Source: Spirochaetia bacterium (lineage in GTDB: Bacteria; Spirochaetota; Spirochaetia; DSM-2461). From it: a stretch of 64,000 bases of DNA. The notes below the pieces were generated by a model that did no database searches, was not told the origin of the DNA, and saw only the letters and a list, made by a program, of their open reading frames with translations. Location: contig OY764216.1 of NCBI GenBank assembly GCA_963668315.1, positions 4,064,001 through 4,128,000 on the forward strand, given 5' to 3'. Shown in pieces: positions 1 through 9,750 of this stretch. Numbering within the stretch: the first letter of the stretch is position 1; each line of letters starts with the position of its first letter. The position numbers and the translations under genes were made by a program.

Positions 1-543
1 GGTAGAACAGTAGAAATATTAACTCCGCCTCCCTGGTTTCTCTTAATTCCCCTGCTGCTTCTTCACCCGGCCCTGAAAGCCCAGCCGGGTTCCGACGCGG
101 TAAAAAGGCGGGGCGACGAAACCGTTCTGACCGAGACAAACGGAGAAACGACTATTCAAAATCCGACTTTCAAATCACAATTTCCCCTGGCCCCCAAAGT
201 CTATTCCGACGGATTGAACCATATTTCCCATATTGTCATGAACGATCAGACCTATCAGGGCGAGGAAGTGGAAATCATCGGACAGGCGGCTTTTTCAGAT
301 CGGTTGCCCGAAGGGGCCTTCTATCTATTCCGCTTTATTATCATTTGTTGCGCCGCCGACGCCGTTCCCACCGGTTTGATCGTGACAGGTTATGATGGGG
401 AGGACATTAAAGAGGACGGGTGGTATAGGGTAAAGGGAAAAGTCGGATATCTTGATGTGGAAGGAAAGGAGTACGTCTCCCTGGATGTCAAAGAAATCAT
501 ACCTGCGGATACTCCGGATTTTCCCTACGAGAATTTGAATTAA
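1..543 (+). CDS. DUF1980/TIGR03943-family putative permease subunit, 5' truncated by the window edge
   Basis: Frame 1 is open from base 1. C-terminal motif FRFIIICCAADA..G..W..V.G and terminal P..PY are typical of DUF1980. Confidence 0.8.
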   Translation, partial: GRTVEILTPPPWFLLIPLLLLHPALKAQPGSDAVKRRGDETVLTETNGETTIQNPTFKSQFPLAPKVYSDGLNHISHIVMNDQTYQGEEVEIIGQAAFSDRLPEGAFYLFRFIIICCAADAVPTGLIVTGYDGEDIKEDGWYRVKGKVGYLDVEGKEYVSLDVKEIIPADTPDFPYENLN

Positions 544-714
544 TACCTCGTATAACGAGGTAAATGCTATAAAGTATGGGTTATATTTATGAGATATAGT
601 GCTGTTGATTTTAGATTTCTATAAGCATTTAATCTATTCAAGCGGAAAGTTATTCACTACTTTTTCAGTAGTATATATAGCCACGGACGGGATTTCGGTG
701 ATAAACTACAACCT

Positions 715-1059
715 ATGGGCTATTTCCGCTTATTAACAACCTGCCTGCTTCTCTTCTCACTTGAAGGAATATATTCATCGGGTAATCCCATGCCCTGCGG
801 GATGTCCTCTTCCGGGTTAATGGAAAACATTCTCTCCGATGACATGTGCATCCATTGTTTCTCAGAGGCCCGGGTGAACAGCCCCACTTCAGAAATATAC
901 CCTTCGAGTCAATTCCAGACGAAATCTCCCTGTCATTTCTATTACCCTAAATCAATATTTCCCCAGGGGGGATATCCTCAGGCCGCCAAAGAGATCACCA
1001 CAGATTCCTTCCATTTTACCATTCCCATCATCATTAGAAACTGTACCTGGAGAATTTGA
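715..1059 (+). CDS. Small exported Cys/His protein; candidate metal-responsive upstream ORF
   Basis: Signal-like N-terminus, MCIHC (CxxC), C-terminal IPIIIRNCTWRI; ends 47 bp upstream of the copper-type gene. Confidence 0.55.
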   Translation: MGYFRLLTTCLLLFSLEGIYSSGNPMPCGMSSSGLMENILSDDMCIHCFSEARVNSPTSEIYPSSQFQTKSPCHFYYPKSIFPQGGYPQAAKEITTDSFHFTIPIIIRNCTWRI

Positions 1060-1106
1060 GCCTCCCCTTTTCCCTCGAAAAATAAAAAATATCACGGAGC
1101 TCATTT

Positions 1107-2873
1107 ATGATAGATCAAAGCAAATCAAGAAAATTCTTCAGAATTTCCGGGATGACCTGCCGGAAATGTGAAACAAGGATTGAAAGCGGTATTAAGCCCA
1201 TTCCCTCCGTCACGCACTGTCAGGCGGATTACGTCAAGGGAATTCTCCAAATCGATTACGAAGGAGAATCATTAAGGGCGAAAGAGATTCTTGCCGCCCT
1301 GTCCGATGCCGGATATGAAGGGGTGGAAATAGGCCGGCTGAGAAAAATATGCCGGGAGATAGTGCCGCTCATTATCACAGGCATTGTCATTTTCATTTTA
1401 TATAGGGCAGGCAAAATGACAGGATGGCTCAATAAAATTCCGGAAATCAGGGAAGATATGAGCTACCCCTTTCTTTTTATCATCGGTCTTCTGACATCCC
1501 TGCACTGCCTGGGTATGTGCGGAGGAATAAATCTGACCCAGTCCGGATTGAAATCCCGAGAAACGGACAGACGTGGCCCAGTCAGAAGAAGCCTGAATTA
1601 TAATACGGGGAGGATTGTATCCTATACGCTGCTGGGGGGAATCGTGGGCGGCCTGGGTTCCGTCCTCTATCTCTCCTTGACGATGCAGACCGTAATAAGC
1701 ATCGCCGCGGGTGCTTTGATGATCATCATGGGCCTTAACATGCTGGGTCTGCTCTCGGCCCTGAAGATTCTCATCCCCGTACTTCCCGCATCCCTTTCGA
1801 TAAAAATCAGCCGACAACGGGGAAAGGCAAGTCCCTTTCTCGTGGGGGTGCTGAACGGTTTCATGCCCTGCGGTCCCCTGCAGTCCATGCAGATCTACGC
1901 CCTGTCCACGGGAAGTATTCTGAAGGGGGCCCTATCCATGTTCCTTTTCAGTGCGGGGACGGTACCCCTCATGTTCGCCTTCGGTTCTTTCAGCCTTTTT
2001 TTCAACCGCCGCCGGCAGAAGAACGTCATGAGAGTAAGCGCCCTGCTGATTGTTATCCTCGGATGGGGTATGATTAGCCGAGGATTGAACCTTAACGGGG
2101 TTTCCTTGATTCCCCGTTCTTCTGAAGAAGTCGTAGAAGGAGCCGCTGTCGCCCGGATAGAGGGAGATGTTCAGATTGTCAATTCAAAGGTGTCCCCTTC
2201 TTCCTATGAACCGATTATTGTACAGGCAGGCATACCGGTGAGATGGAATATTGAGGCCGGTCCGGGAGATATCACGGGATGCAACAACGCCATTGTCTCC
2301 AGGGATTTCGGGATCAGACAGAAACTTTCCGAGGGCTCCACTCTCATAGAATTCACACCGGAGGAAGGGGGAAACTTCGGGTTTACATGCTGGATGGGCA
2401 TGATCAGCTCCCGTATTCTGGTAGTCGAGGATCTCACAGCTTTCGATCCGGAACTGCTCAATTCACCTCCCGACTCAGAGCCGGCCCGGGTAAATATAAA
2501 GATACCGGATTACGAAGCGGAAAACATCGGCTATTCGGAAGTATCCGGCGAGGAACAGTCGGCTGTCATAAATATAGACGAAAGTGGATTCAGCCCTTCC
2601 ATAATCGTCATGGAGCGGAACAGAAAGATGACCTGGGTCTTCAATACGGGAGAAACGGATGAGATAAATCGCAGACTGATCTTCCCTTCCTATAATGCAC
2701 AAATCGATTTGACCGGTAACGACAGCCAAACCATAGAGCTTTTCCCAGAAGGGGATTTTTACTTTTACTCCTGGAAAGGGGATTTTCTGGGATTCGTCAT
2801 CACCGTGGAGGATCTGGACAGCGTATCCGATGAGGAAATACTCAAAAGAATCGCTTCCTACCTCAGCGAATAA
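1107..2873 (+). CDS. Heavy-metal (copper) transport/detoxification protein: HMA + DsbD_2 (TauE/SafE-like) + cupredoxin domains
   Basis: GMTCRKC HMA motif; HCLGMCGG and GFMPCGPLQ membrane motifs; GCNNAI...FTCWMGM cupredoxin; a second, degenerate cupredoxin repeat. Confidence 0.9.
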   Translation: MIDQSKSRKFFRISGMTCRKCETRIESGIKPIPSVTHCQADYVKGILQIDYEGESLRAKEILAALSDAGYEGVEIGRLRKICREIVPLIITGIVIFILYRAGKMTGWLNKIPEIREDMSYPFLFIIGLLTSLHCLGMCGGINLTQSGLKSRETDRRGPVRRSLNYNTGRIVSYTLLGGIVGGLGSVLYLSLTMQTVISIAAGALMIIMGLNMLGLLSALKILIPVLPASLSIKISRQRGKASPFLVGVLNGFMPCGPLQSMQIYALSTGSILKGALSMFLFSAGTVPLMFAFGSFSLFFNRRRQKNVMRVSALLIVILGWGMISRGLNLNGVSLIPRSSEEVVEGAAVARIEGDVQIVNSKVSPSSYEPIIVQAGIPVRWNIEAGPGDITGCNNAIVSRDFGIRQKLSEGSTLIEFTPEEGGNFGFTCWMGMISSRILVVEDLTAFDPELLNSPPDSEPARVNIKIPDYEAENIGYSEVSGEEQSAVINIDESGFSPSIIVMERNRKMTWVFNTGETDEINRRLIFPSYNAQIDLTGNDSQTIELFPEGDFYFYSWKGDFLGFVITVEDLDSVSDEEILKRIASYLSE

Positions 2874-2936
2874 TCGGCTGGTTCTTTCTTTCCCTTTTTA
2901 CTCCATTACTATAGTATACTGCTCATAGATGAGGAG

Positions 2937-3440
2937 ATGTATATGGAAAGGACCTATTGCGCCATCGATTTTGAAACCGCCTGCAACCACCGGGCCAGCG
3001 CCTGCGCCATCGGCGCGGCCCGCATCCGAAACGGCACAGTCGGGGAATCCTTCTATTCCCTGATAAAACCGCCGAAAGGAATGGAAATCCTTCCCTTTTT
3101 CACGTCAATCCACGGAATCAGCATGGACCAGGTGGATAGGGCTCCCACCTTCGCCGAACTCTGGCCTGCCCTGAAAGCTTTTCTGGGGAATGATATCCTG
3201 ATTGCCCACAATGCGGCCTTCGACTCCGGAGTGTTTCAGGCTGTTCTCATGCATTATGAGATTCCCGACAGACTTCCCCTCTTCGAATGCACCTTGAATA
3301 TGGCCCGCCGCCGGTGGCCGGAGCTTGCCAATCATCGCCTCGATACTCTCTGCGAATATCTCGGGATAGAGCTCGACCATCACGAAGCTTTGAGCGATGC
3401 CATAGGGTGTGCGAAAATATTCCTGGCCTCTTCCCTCTGA
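2937..3440 (+). CDS. DEDDh 3'-5' exonuclease (DNA Pol III epsilon-like)
   Basis: AIDFETA, AHNAAFD and HHEALSDA motifs; GAGGAG RBS. Confidence 0.92.
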   Translation: MYMERTYCAIDFETACNHRASACAIGAARIRNGTVGESFYSLIKPPKGMEILPFFTSIHGISMDQVDRAPTFAELWPALKAFLGNDILIAHNAAFDSGVFQAVLMHYEIPDRLPLFECTLNMARRRWPELANHRLDTLCEYLGIELDHHEALSDAIGCAKIFLASSL

Positions 3441-3446
3441 ACCGTA

Positions 3447-4583
3447 TCAGTCCGGCCTGTAAATCCGGGGGACCCTTGACGTTATGGTGGAGACAATTTC
3501 GTAGTTTATGGTCCCCGTCAATTCGGCCAGTTCATCAACGGAAAGGGCTGCGTCTCCCTGTTCTCCGAAAAGAATGACCTCATCCCCCACTTCTACGTCC
3601 CCGATATGTCCCACGTCAATCATGGTCAGGTCCATACAGACTCTGCCGACTACCGGAGCCTTTTCGCCTCTAACGAGCATAACGCCCTTTGAGGAGAGAA
3701 GCCGGCTGTATCCATCGGCATACCCGACAGATACGGTGGCGATCTTCGTCGGCCTTTCCGTCACATAGGTACTGCCGTAGCTGATCTTAAAATCACCGGG
3801 TACATCTTTTAAGTGGATGATCTTCCCTTTCAGAGTCATCACCGGCTTAAGGGGTACGATCGACATATCGACTTCGGGAGAAGGGGCCAGACCGTAAAGG
3901 ATGATCCCCGGCCTGACCATATCCAGATGGGTCTCGGCCATTTCCAGTGTCGCGGCGCTGTTGGCGGCATGGCGGATGGGAATTCTCAATCCCCTCTCCT
4001 CCAGCCGGTCCAGCACTTTCTTGAAGAAGGCGAACTGCTCCCGGGCATGGGTCTTATCAAAGGAGTCGGCATTGGCAAAATGGGTGTAGATCCCTTCCAG
4101 ATTTAATCCGGGCAGTTCGTGTATTCTGAGGACATCGGAGACGATATCATCTACCGAATCCCCCTGCAGACCTACGCGGCCCATTCCCGAATCGATTTTG
4201 ACATGCACCGTGATTCTCTTCCGGAGGGATGCGGCCGCTTCGGAAAGCCTTTGCGCCTCCTCCAGGGAGTTGACCGCGGGAGTCAGGTCATGCTCGGCCA
4301 TCACCACAGCCTGGGAAGGCGGGGTATGGCCGAACATCAAAATAGGGGCTGTGATACCGGCCTTACGCAGACCGACCGCCTCGGAGAGTCGGGCAACGGT
4401 CAGAAAATCCGCTCCGTTCTCCAGGGCTGTCCGGGCGATGCGGACGGCCCCGTGACCGTAGGCATCGGCCTTCACGACGGCGGCCAGCTTCACTCCGGGC
4501 CCGACATGGGCCTTGAGATTCTGCACATTGTTTTTTAAAGCGGACAAATCAATATCCGCCTGAATAACATGTTCTGCTTCCAT
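3447..4583 (-). CDS. alr: Alanine racemase
   Basis: AVVKADAYGHG PLP lysine, KIDSGMGRVG, GYADGY, GRVCMD, GTINYE. Confidence 0.97.
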   Translation of the reverse strand: MEAEHVIQADIDLSALKNNVQNLKAHVGPGVKLAAVVKADAYGHGAVRIARTALENGADFLTVARLSEAVGLRKAGITAPILMFGHTPPSQAVVMAEHDLTPAVNSLEEAQRLSEAAASLRKRITVHVKIDSGMGRVGLQGDSVDDIVSDVLRIHELPGLNLEGIYTHFANADSFDKTHAREQFAFFKKVLDRLEERGLRIPIRHAANSAATLEMAETHLDMVRPGIILYGLAPSPEVDMSIVPLKPVMTLKGKIIHLKDVPGDFKISYGSTYVTERPTKIATVSVGYADGYSRLLSSKGVMLVRGEKAPVVGRVCMDLTMIDVGHIGDVEVGDEVILFGEQGDAALSVDELAELTGTINYEIVSTITSRVPRIYRPD

Positions 4584-4589
4584 GGAGAA

Positions 4590-5450
4590 TTAAACCGCAG
4601 CGGCTTCTTTTACGGCATTCCCATAGGCCGTGGTTAATTCATTGAAAGATTCGATGATTCCCCTGGTCTTGGCGCCGGGTTTTCCGCTGCCAATGACAAG
4701 ATCGTCAATTTTGACGACAGGAACGACCTCTTTGTTGGAAGCGGTAATAAAGATCTCTTCGAAATCCTTCAGTTCCTCTTTTTTGATATCCCGGATCTCC
4801 ACTTCATAGGAATCCTTTACCATATCGAGAAGAACATTTCTGGTTACACCGCCCAGGATGTCCTTGCCGGGAGTCACGATTTTATTGCCGATAATGCCGA
4901 AGATATTGGTGGTGGTTCCTTCCAGGACACGATTGTTCCTGTCGACATAGACCGCTTCAACGCAGTCGGCGTTCTGGGCTTTCTGACCGGCCATGACGGC
5001 ATTCAGGTAGTTGATGCTCTTCGCTTCGGGCAGGTACCGTTCGACACCGATGGTCATGATGGAGACTCCGTCGGTATACCACCACGCGGGGCAGGCATGC
5101 TTATGGGTGACCATAACAATCAGTTTTCCCTTTCCTTCGGGAAGTACGCCGCTGGAGCTTTCTCCACCGGTGACTACGATACGGATATTGGCTTCTTCGA
5201 GATCGGGATTTTTATCCATGGTATCGTTCACAGCCTGGGCGATCTCTTCATCGCTCCACTTGAGATCAAGACCGATTATATTGCAGGAATTCCTCAGTCT
5301 TTTGATATGATCTTCCAGATGAAAGGGACGTCTGTTATAGGTTCTCATAAAATCGAATGCACCGTAACCGCGCAGAACGGCAATGTCTTTTGCCGAAACC
5401 ATAGCTTCATTTTCAGGAACGAATTTTCCGTCAACATAGTAAATATCCAT
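4590..5450 (-). CDS. PLP fold-IV aminotransferase, probably a D-amino-acid transaminase
   Basis: LRGYGAFDF, IRIVVTGG, AKSINY (catalytic K), EGTTTN, GVTR; co-transcribed with alr. Confidence 0.85.
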   Translation of the reverse strand: MDIYYVDGKFVPENEAMVSAKDIAVLRGYGAFDFMRTYNRRPFHLEDHIKRLRNSCNIIGLDLKWSDEEIAQAVNDTMDKNPDLEEANIRIVVTGGESSSGVLPEGKGKLIVMVTHKHACPAWWYTDGVSIMTIGVERYLPEAKSINYLNAVMAGQKAQNADCVEAVYVDRNNRVLEGTTTNIFGIIGNKIVTPGKDILGGVTRNVLLDMVKDSYEVEIRDIKKEELKDFEEIFITASNKEVVPVVKIDDLVIGSGKPGAKTRGIIESFNELTTAYGNAVKEAAAV

Positions 5451-5452
5451 CT

Positions 5453-6307
5453 TTATACCTCCGAGCTGGATCTGTTTCTTAATCTTTCAATATCATCTTT
5501 CTGCTGGCGCAGAATATTAACCGCTTCTTCCCGTGTGATTTTCTTAAAATGCAGTTTCTGTCCGGGCATATACTGGCCCAGAAGATCCGTATCGGCAGAA
5601 ATCACATTAAATATCCGGGGGTACCCCCCCACCGTCTGCCTGTGCTTCAGCAGAATGATAGGCCCCTTCGGCGTTAACTGAACCGTTCCGGTGGCCACCG
5701 CTTCGGAGACCATGTTCCCCAGGGAGACGCTCAGCCGGACATCGGGATTTTCCAGACGCATTCCCATATCGCTTGTATCGCCCGATATGGTCCAGGACGT
5801 ATTCAGAAAGAGCTCCTTATCGGCCAGGAAGGAGTATTCCGGTCCTTCCACGACGCGGATATATCCTTCCGGATCGGGCCAGGTCGCCAGATCACCGAAG
5901 GCTCCCCTTTCCCGGCCTGCCGGGGACTCCGAAAAAGCCTTGCCGGCGGCCCGGTAACAGAGATAGGTTCTGAATCCGTAATGCCTCTCGCCAAAGGAGA
6001 GGACCGATCCCTTCCCGGCCGCATAAACTGTTCCGTGGTCTATTTTTATTGTTCCTCCGGGACCTTTCAGGGTAACGCCGCAGTAGGCCGAACCGGTCAG
6101 GACAAAGCAGCCATCCTCTTCAAACTCCAGAGAAGGGGGAAAGAGGATTTCCAGAGCCGGAGCATCGGGAGGATTCCCCAGAAGGATGTTTCCCGTCTGC
6201 AACGCAAACAGGTCCATGGCACCTCCCGGTGTTATTCCCACATCCTGATTGCCGAAGGAAGGGAGAGAAACCCTTTTACATAATCCCTGCTGGACCGTCT
6301 TGAACAT
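5453..6307 (-). CDS. pxpC: 5-oxoprolinase subunit C (KipA/AHS2)
   Basis: GGAMD..A....N.LLGN, GFRTYL, SDMGMRL, GTVQL...GPIILL..RQTVGGYP. Start moved to the ATG at 6307 just after the pxpA stop (TTG at 6316 is also possible). Confidence 0.9.
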   Translation of the reverse strand: MFKTVQQGLCKRVSLPSFGNQDVGITPGGAMDLFALQTGNILLGNPPDAPALEILFPPSLEFEEDGCFVLTGSAYCGVTLKGPGGTIKIDHGTVYAAGKGSVLSFGERHYGFRTYLCYRAAGKAFSESPAGRERGAFGDLATWPDPEGYIRVVEGPEYSFLADKELFLNTSWTISGDTSDMGMRLENPDVRLSVSLGNMVSEAVATGTVQLTPKGPIILLKHRQTVGGYPRIFNVISADTDLLGQYMPGQKLHFKKITREEAVNILRQQKDDIERLRNRSSSEV

Positions 6308-6308
6308 A

Positions 6309-7037
6309 TCAGGCAATATCCGTCCCGGAAAGTTTCGCTGCCAGCTCGAGGGAGATGGGTGAATCGGAATGGATGCAGATCGTATCGGCTTTGATATCAA
6401 CTTCTTCTGTCGTTACCGTTCCGTCGGCCCGGGTTATATGGCCGTCGATTTTCCCGTTTTTAACGATATTCATGGCGTGGGCCACCGCTTCATCCAGATC
6501 ATGGATAGAGGCGTAATCCAGCTTACGGCTGACCAGGGTCAACTGACCGGTCCGGGGATCATAGGCGTAACGCCTTTCGGCAAAGGCCTCATAGAAGACA
6601 TCCATTCCCAGAGTCAGGCTTTCGGCAGCCAGACAGGACTGGTAAGGGGTTACCACCGTCTTTATCCCCTGCTCCTTCAGCCATCCGGCCAGAATCCGGG
6701 AAAGGTCCGGCCTGACCCAGCAGTCGTTGTAAAGGGCTCCGTGAAACTTGACTTTGTCCACGCCGCCTATGAGTTCATACTGGGCATCGAGGCTTTTCAG
6801 AAGATCAGCCGGAGCGATATCCATGGAGAAACGGCCGAAGTTCTCCCTGTCGGGATAGGACAGGTGGGCTGTAACGGCGACCTGATTCTCTTCGGCCAGT
6901 TTTTTGAAGGCGTCTATGCTCTCCCCATCTCCCGCATGGCCGCCGCAGGCGATATTCGCCATGCTGATATGCTTCATCAATTCAATATCAACGGGATGGT
7001 CGGCACCTCTTTCGCCGATGTCGCAATTTATATGCAT
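6309..7037 (-). CDS. pxpA: 5-oxoprolinase subunit A (LamB/YcsF)
   Basis: INCDIGE, ANIACGGHAGD, HLSYPDRENFGR, KFHGALYN, DTICIHSD. Confidence 0.93.
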   Translation of the reverse strand: MHINCDIGERGADHPVDIELMKHISMANIACGGHAGDGESIDAFKKLAEENQVAVTAHLSYPDRENFGRFSMDIAPADLLKSLDAQYELIGGVDKVKFHGALYNDCWVRPDLSRILAGWLKEQGIKTVVTPYQSCLAAESLTLGMDVFYEAFAERRYAYDPRTGQLTLVSRKLDYASIHDLDEAVAHAMNIVKNGKIDGHITRADGTVTTEEVDIKADTICIHSDSPISLELAAKLSGTDIA

Positions 7038-7657
7038 CAGTTAATCTCCTTCATAATAACAGTGTCGCCCGGCTCTATCAGCAGCAGATGCTTCGGATCG
7101 GTAGAGCCGATAAGATTCCACCCCCCCGGGGATTCCTGCGGATAGATTCCGGTCTGTGCTCCGCCGATAGCCACGGCCCCGGCAGGCACTTTCACCCGGG
7201 GGCTGTCGAGCCGCGGGGTTTCCAGGCGGGGGTCCAGACCGATCAGATAGGGGAAGTTCGGAAGAAAGCCGACCATAGCAACGGTAAAAGTACTGCCCCT
7301 GTGCAGGTCGATAACCTCACGGACCGTAAGTTTATGCAGATCAGCCACGCGCTCAAGATCCTCCCCGTCATACCGGACAGGTATTTCCACTCTCTTGCCC
7401 GCCTGCTCTCCCCCGGAATCATCCCGGCTGAAGCAGGAAGAGACATACTCTTCCAGCTCGGATCTGTCCGTCGTCAGGGGATCGAAATGAACAGCCAGGG
7501 CATTGTATGAGGGAACAAGGTCCAGGATACCCCGTGAAGCCGGTCCCTCTTCTTTTAAGCGGCGGTAAACCGACAGGATCCGGGAGGAAACCTCCGCATC
7601 TATCGTGCGAGACAGGGACCAGCAGAGGCAGGAATCGCCCAGAGGATACCGCTCCAT
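7037..7657 (-). CDS. pxpB: 5-oxoprolinase subunit B (KipI/AHS1)
   Basis: GFLPNFPYL, PRVKVPAGAVAIGGAQTGIYPQESPGGWNLIG. Confidence 0.93.
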   Translation of the reverse strand: MERYPLGDSCLCWSLSRTIDAEVSSRILSVYRRLKEEGPASRGILDLVPSYNALAVHFDPLTTDRSELEEYVSSCFSRDDSGGEQAGKRVEIPVRYDGEDLERVADLHKLTVREVIDLHRGSTFTVAMVGFLPNFPYLIGLDPRLETPRLDSPRVKVPAGAVAIGGAQTGIYPQESPGGWNLIGSTDPKHLLLIEPGDTVIMKEIN

Positions 7658-8566
7658 TTACATCTCCCGGTCTGCGCCTGAGGCCAGTTCAAAAAGCTGT
7701 CCGTAAAGATCATGTTCCCAGGAAGCATCGAGCCCGTCAACCGTGGCCTTATGCTCGCCGCTGACCCCGTCCACGGCTCCGGCTTCCACCACGGCATTCA
7801 GAATGCCGGCGAATTCACCGGGAGAGGGAAGAAGGTTTCTTCCGGCCATAAGGGACAGGAGGGCGGCTTTTCCGTAACCGGCCCAGTTGCTCACGCCGGC
7901 GCAGACACAATGGTGGGCATTGGTTTTACAGCTGAAGGCCCTTCCGGGCGCCACATGAACATCCACCATATTCGAAACAAGGCCCATGCCCAGTTCGTTT
8001 CCGCCGTCTCCTATACCGATAGTTCTGATCCCCTGTGCGGCGCAGTATTTGAAAAGCGTATCCACCGGTGCCACGGCAAAGGATATATCGTCCCCCCGGA
8101 AGTTGTAATATTTACCGTCCACGGCCATTCCGGGACGTTCAATGGCCACGAAATGGGTGGTATCGGGGCGTACGGAATTCACGGCGATGAGATCGTCCTC
8201 CCTGTCATAACCGACGATGTCCATCTCCCTTCCGATAGAAGCGAATCCGGCTTTCATAATATCCACCGAATGGGAATCGACGATAATGGTAACCTCTTTT
8301 CCCAGCCGGACCAGAGCTTCTGCCAGCACGACGGCACCCGGAGGGCCGTCCGTCTCGATCACACCGGCGCTCTTTATGAAAAAACCGGTGGTAAGGAGGA
8401 TATGCTTCCCCTCCAGAAGGGATTCGGTGGCGGGAAGAATATGATCCTGTACGGCCCAGTCGGCCAGGCCTCTTTTTCCCGGATCCTGCTGAATAAGCGT
8501 CTCAATGAACCGGGCATTCTGAGCCCAGGTCTGTTTCTCACTATCAGATTTTAAAATCACGGTCAT
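7658..8566 (-). CDS. DUF4392 protein (D-glutamate cyclase C-terminal-type domain)
   Basis: TGF....ETDGPPG, IERPG....YYN.RG, IGIGDGGNELGMG, GVSNWAGY. Confidence 0.88.
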   Translation of the reverse strand: MTVILKSDSEKQTWAQNARFIETLIQQDPGKRGLADWAVQDHILPATESLLEGKHILLTTGFFIKSAGVIETDGPPGAVVLAEALVRLGKEVTIIVDSHSVDIMKAGFASIGREMDIVGYDREDDLIAVNSVRPDTTHFVAIERPGMAVDGKYYNFRGDDISFAVAPVDTLFKYCAAQGIRTIGIGDGGNELGMGLVSNMVDVHVAPGRAFSCKTNAHHCVCAGVSNWAGYGKAALLSLMAGRNLLPSPGEFAGILNAVVEAGAVDGVSGEHKATVDGLDASWEHDLYGQLFELASGADREM

Positions 8567-9323
8567 AAAGGTCTCCTATAAACATATGTCCCGGGGCGTG
8601 GGTTATCATGATGGGGGGCTTTGCCACCACGGCGGCAGACTGGGGCGTCACGCCGCAGGCCCAGAAAACGGGAATTTCATTTTCCCGGACAGTCACGGCA
8701 TCGCCGTAATCGGGTTTATTTAAATCTTTTATGCCGATCATCCCGGGATGGGCCAGATGAACGGGACTTCCATGCACGGCAGGATAATCCCGGGTAATTT
8801 CGATGGAACGGATGGCATCCTTGGGTTCGAAGGGGCGCATACTGACGACCATGGGGACATCGGTAAAACGGCCCGCATCACGGCACATCAGGTTGGTCCT
8901 GTACATGGGCACATTGACATTTTCCGTAATATGACGGACATCCAGCCCTCCGGCCAGCAGAGCCTGTTCAAAGGAAAAGCTGCAGCCGATAAGAAAAAAA
9001 ACAAAATCATCACGCCACAGATCGGAAATATCGGTGCACTCCCTGGTCAGCTCACCCTTCTCATAGACACGGTATTTGGGAAGATCGGTGCAGATATCGG
9101 CATGATCGGCCAGAATATCGGTAAAACGGGACCCCTTCTCCCCCACTTCCAGAATAGGACAGGGTTTGGGATTCCGCTGGGCAAAGAGAAGAAAATCCTG
9201 GGCCCAGTCTGCCGGCAGAATGGCCAGATTTGCCTGTACATGCCCGCTGGCAAGACCGGCCGTAGGTCCTGTTAACACTTGAGACCGGCAATCCTGCCGG
9301 ACTTCTTCTGCTGTCTGACTCAT
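8544..9323 (-). CDS. DUF1445/YcsI putative hydro-lyase (D-glutamate cyclase N-terminal-type domain)
   Basis: QANL, RNPKPCP, GCSFSFE, NVPMYRTN, VSMRP, HGSP, PVFWACGVTPQ, ITHAPGHMF. Confidence 0.92.
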   Translation of the reverse strand: MSQTAEEVRQDCRSQVLTGPTAGLASGHVQANLAILPADWAQDFLLFAQRNPKPCPILEVGEKGSRFTDILADHADICTDLPKYRVYEKGELTRECTDISDLWRDDFVFFLIGCSFSFEQALLAGGLDVRHITENVNVPMYRTNLMCRDAGRFTDVPMVVSMRPFEPKDAIRSIEITRDYPAVHGSPVHLAHPGMIGIKDLNKPDYGDAVTVRENEIPVFWACGVTPQSAAVVAKPPIMITHAPGHMFIGDLYDRDFKI

Positions 9324-9674
9324 ATCATCCTCACCAGGTAATAATCATCCGAACCGGAACCTTTTAAGGTCCGGCCAGGAGTGCATTATTAAATATATAT
9401 TCAAAATCTATAGGGACATTATTCAATTTGGTTGTTTTAATCAATACCCGAAATACCGTTTTTCGTATTTTTAATCATCCTATTCTACGTTTTCACATAG
9501 ACACAAAGGGTATATCTACGCTTTACAATGTACTACATAAATGTATATTTATTCATAATATCTTTTATTTCTCTATACTGCATAAAATTAAATGGCTTAC
9601 ATAATTGTATGAAGCTCTTTTCCTTAACCTGTAACCTCAGAAAAGCGCTGGCCCGGAATAGCCCTTAGGGGAAG

Positions 9675-9706
9675 AAAAAAAAGCCGTCCTGACAGCAGAA
9701 CGGCTT
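9675..9706 (-). terminator. Intrinsic terminator after murD
   Basis: Minus strand AAGCCGTTCTG-CTGT-CAGGACGGCTT followed by a T-run. Confidence 0.75.
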
Positions 9707-9750
9707 CATTATGATAATGAGAAAAATAATCCTTCTTCGGAAAGGCTCCT

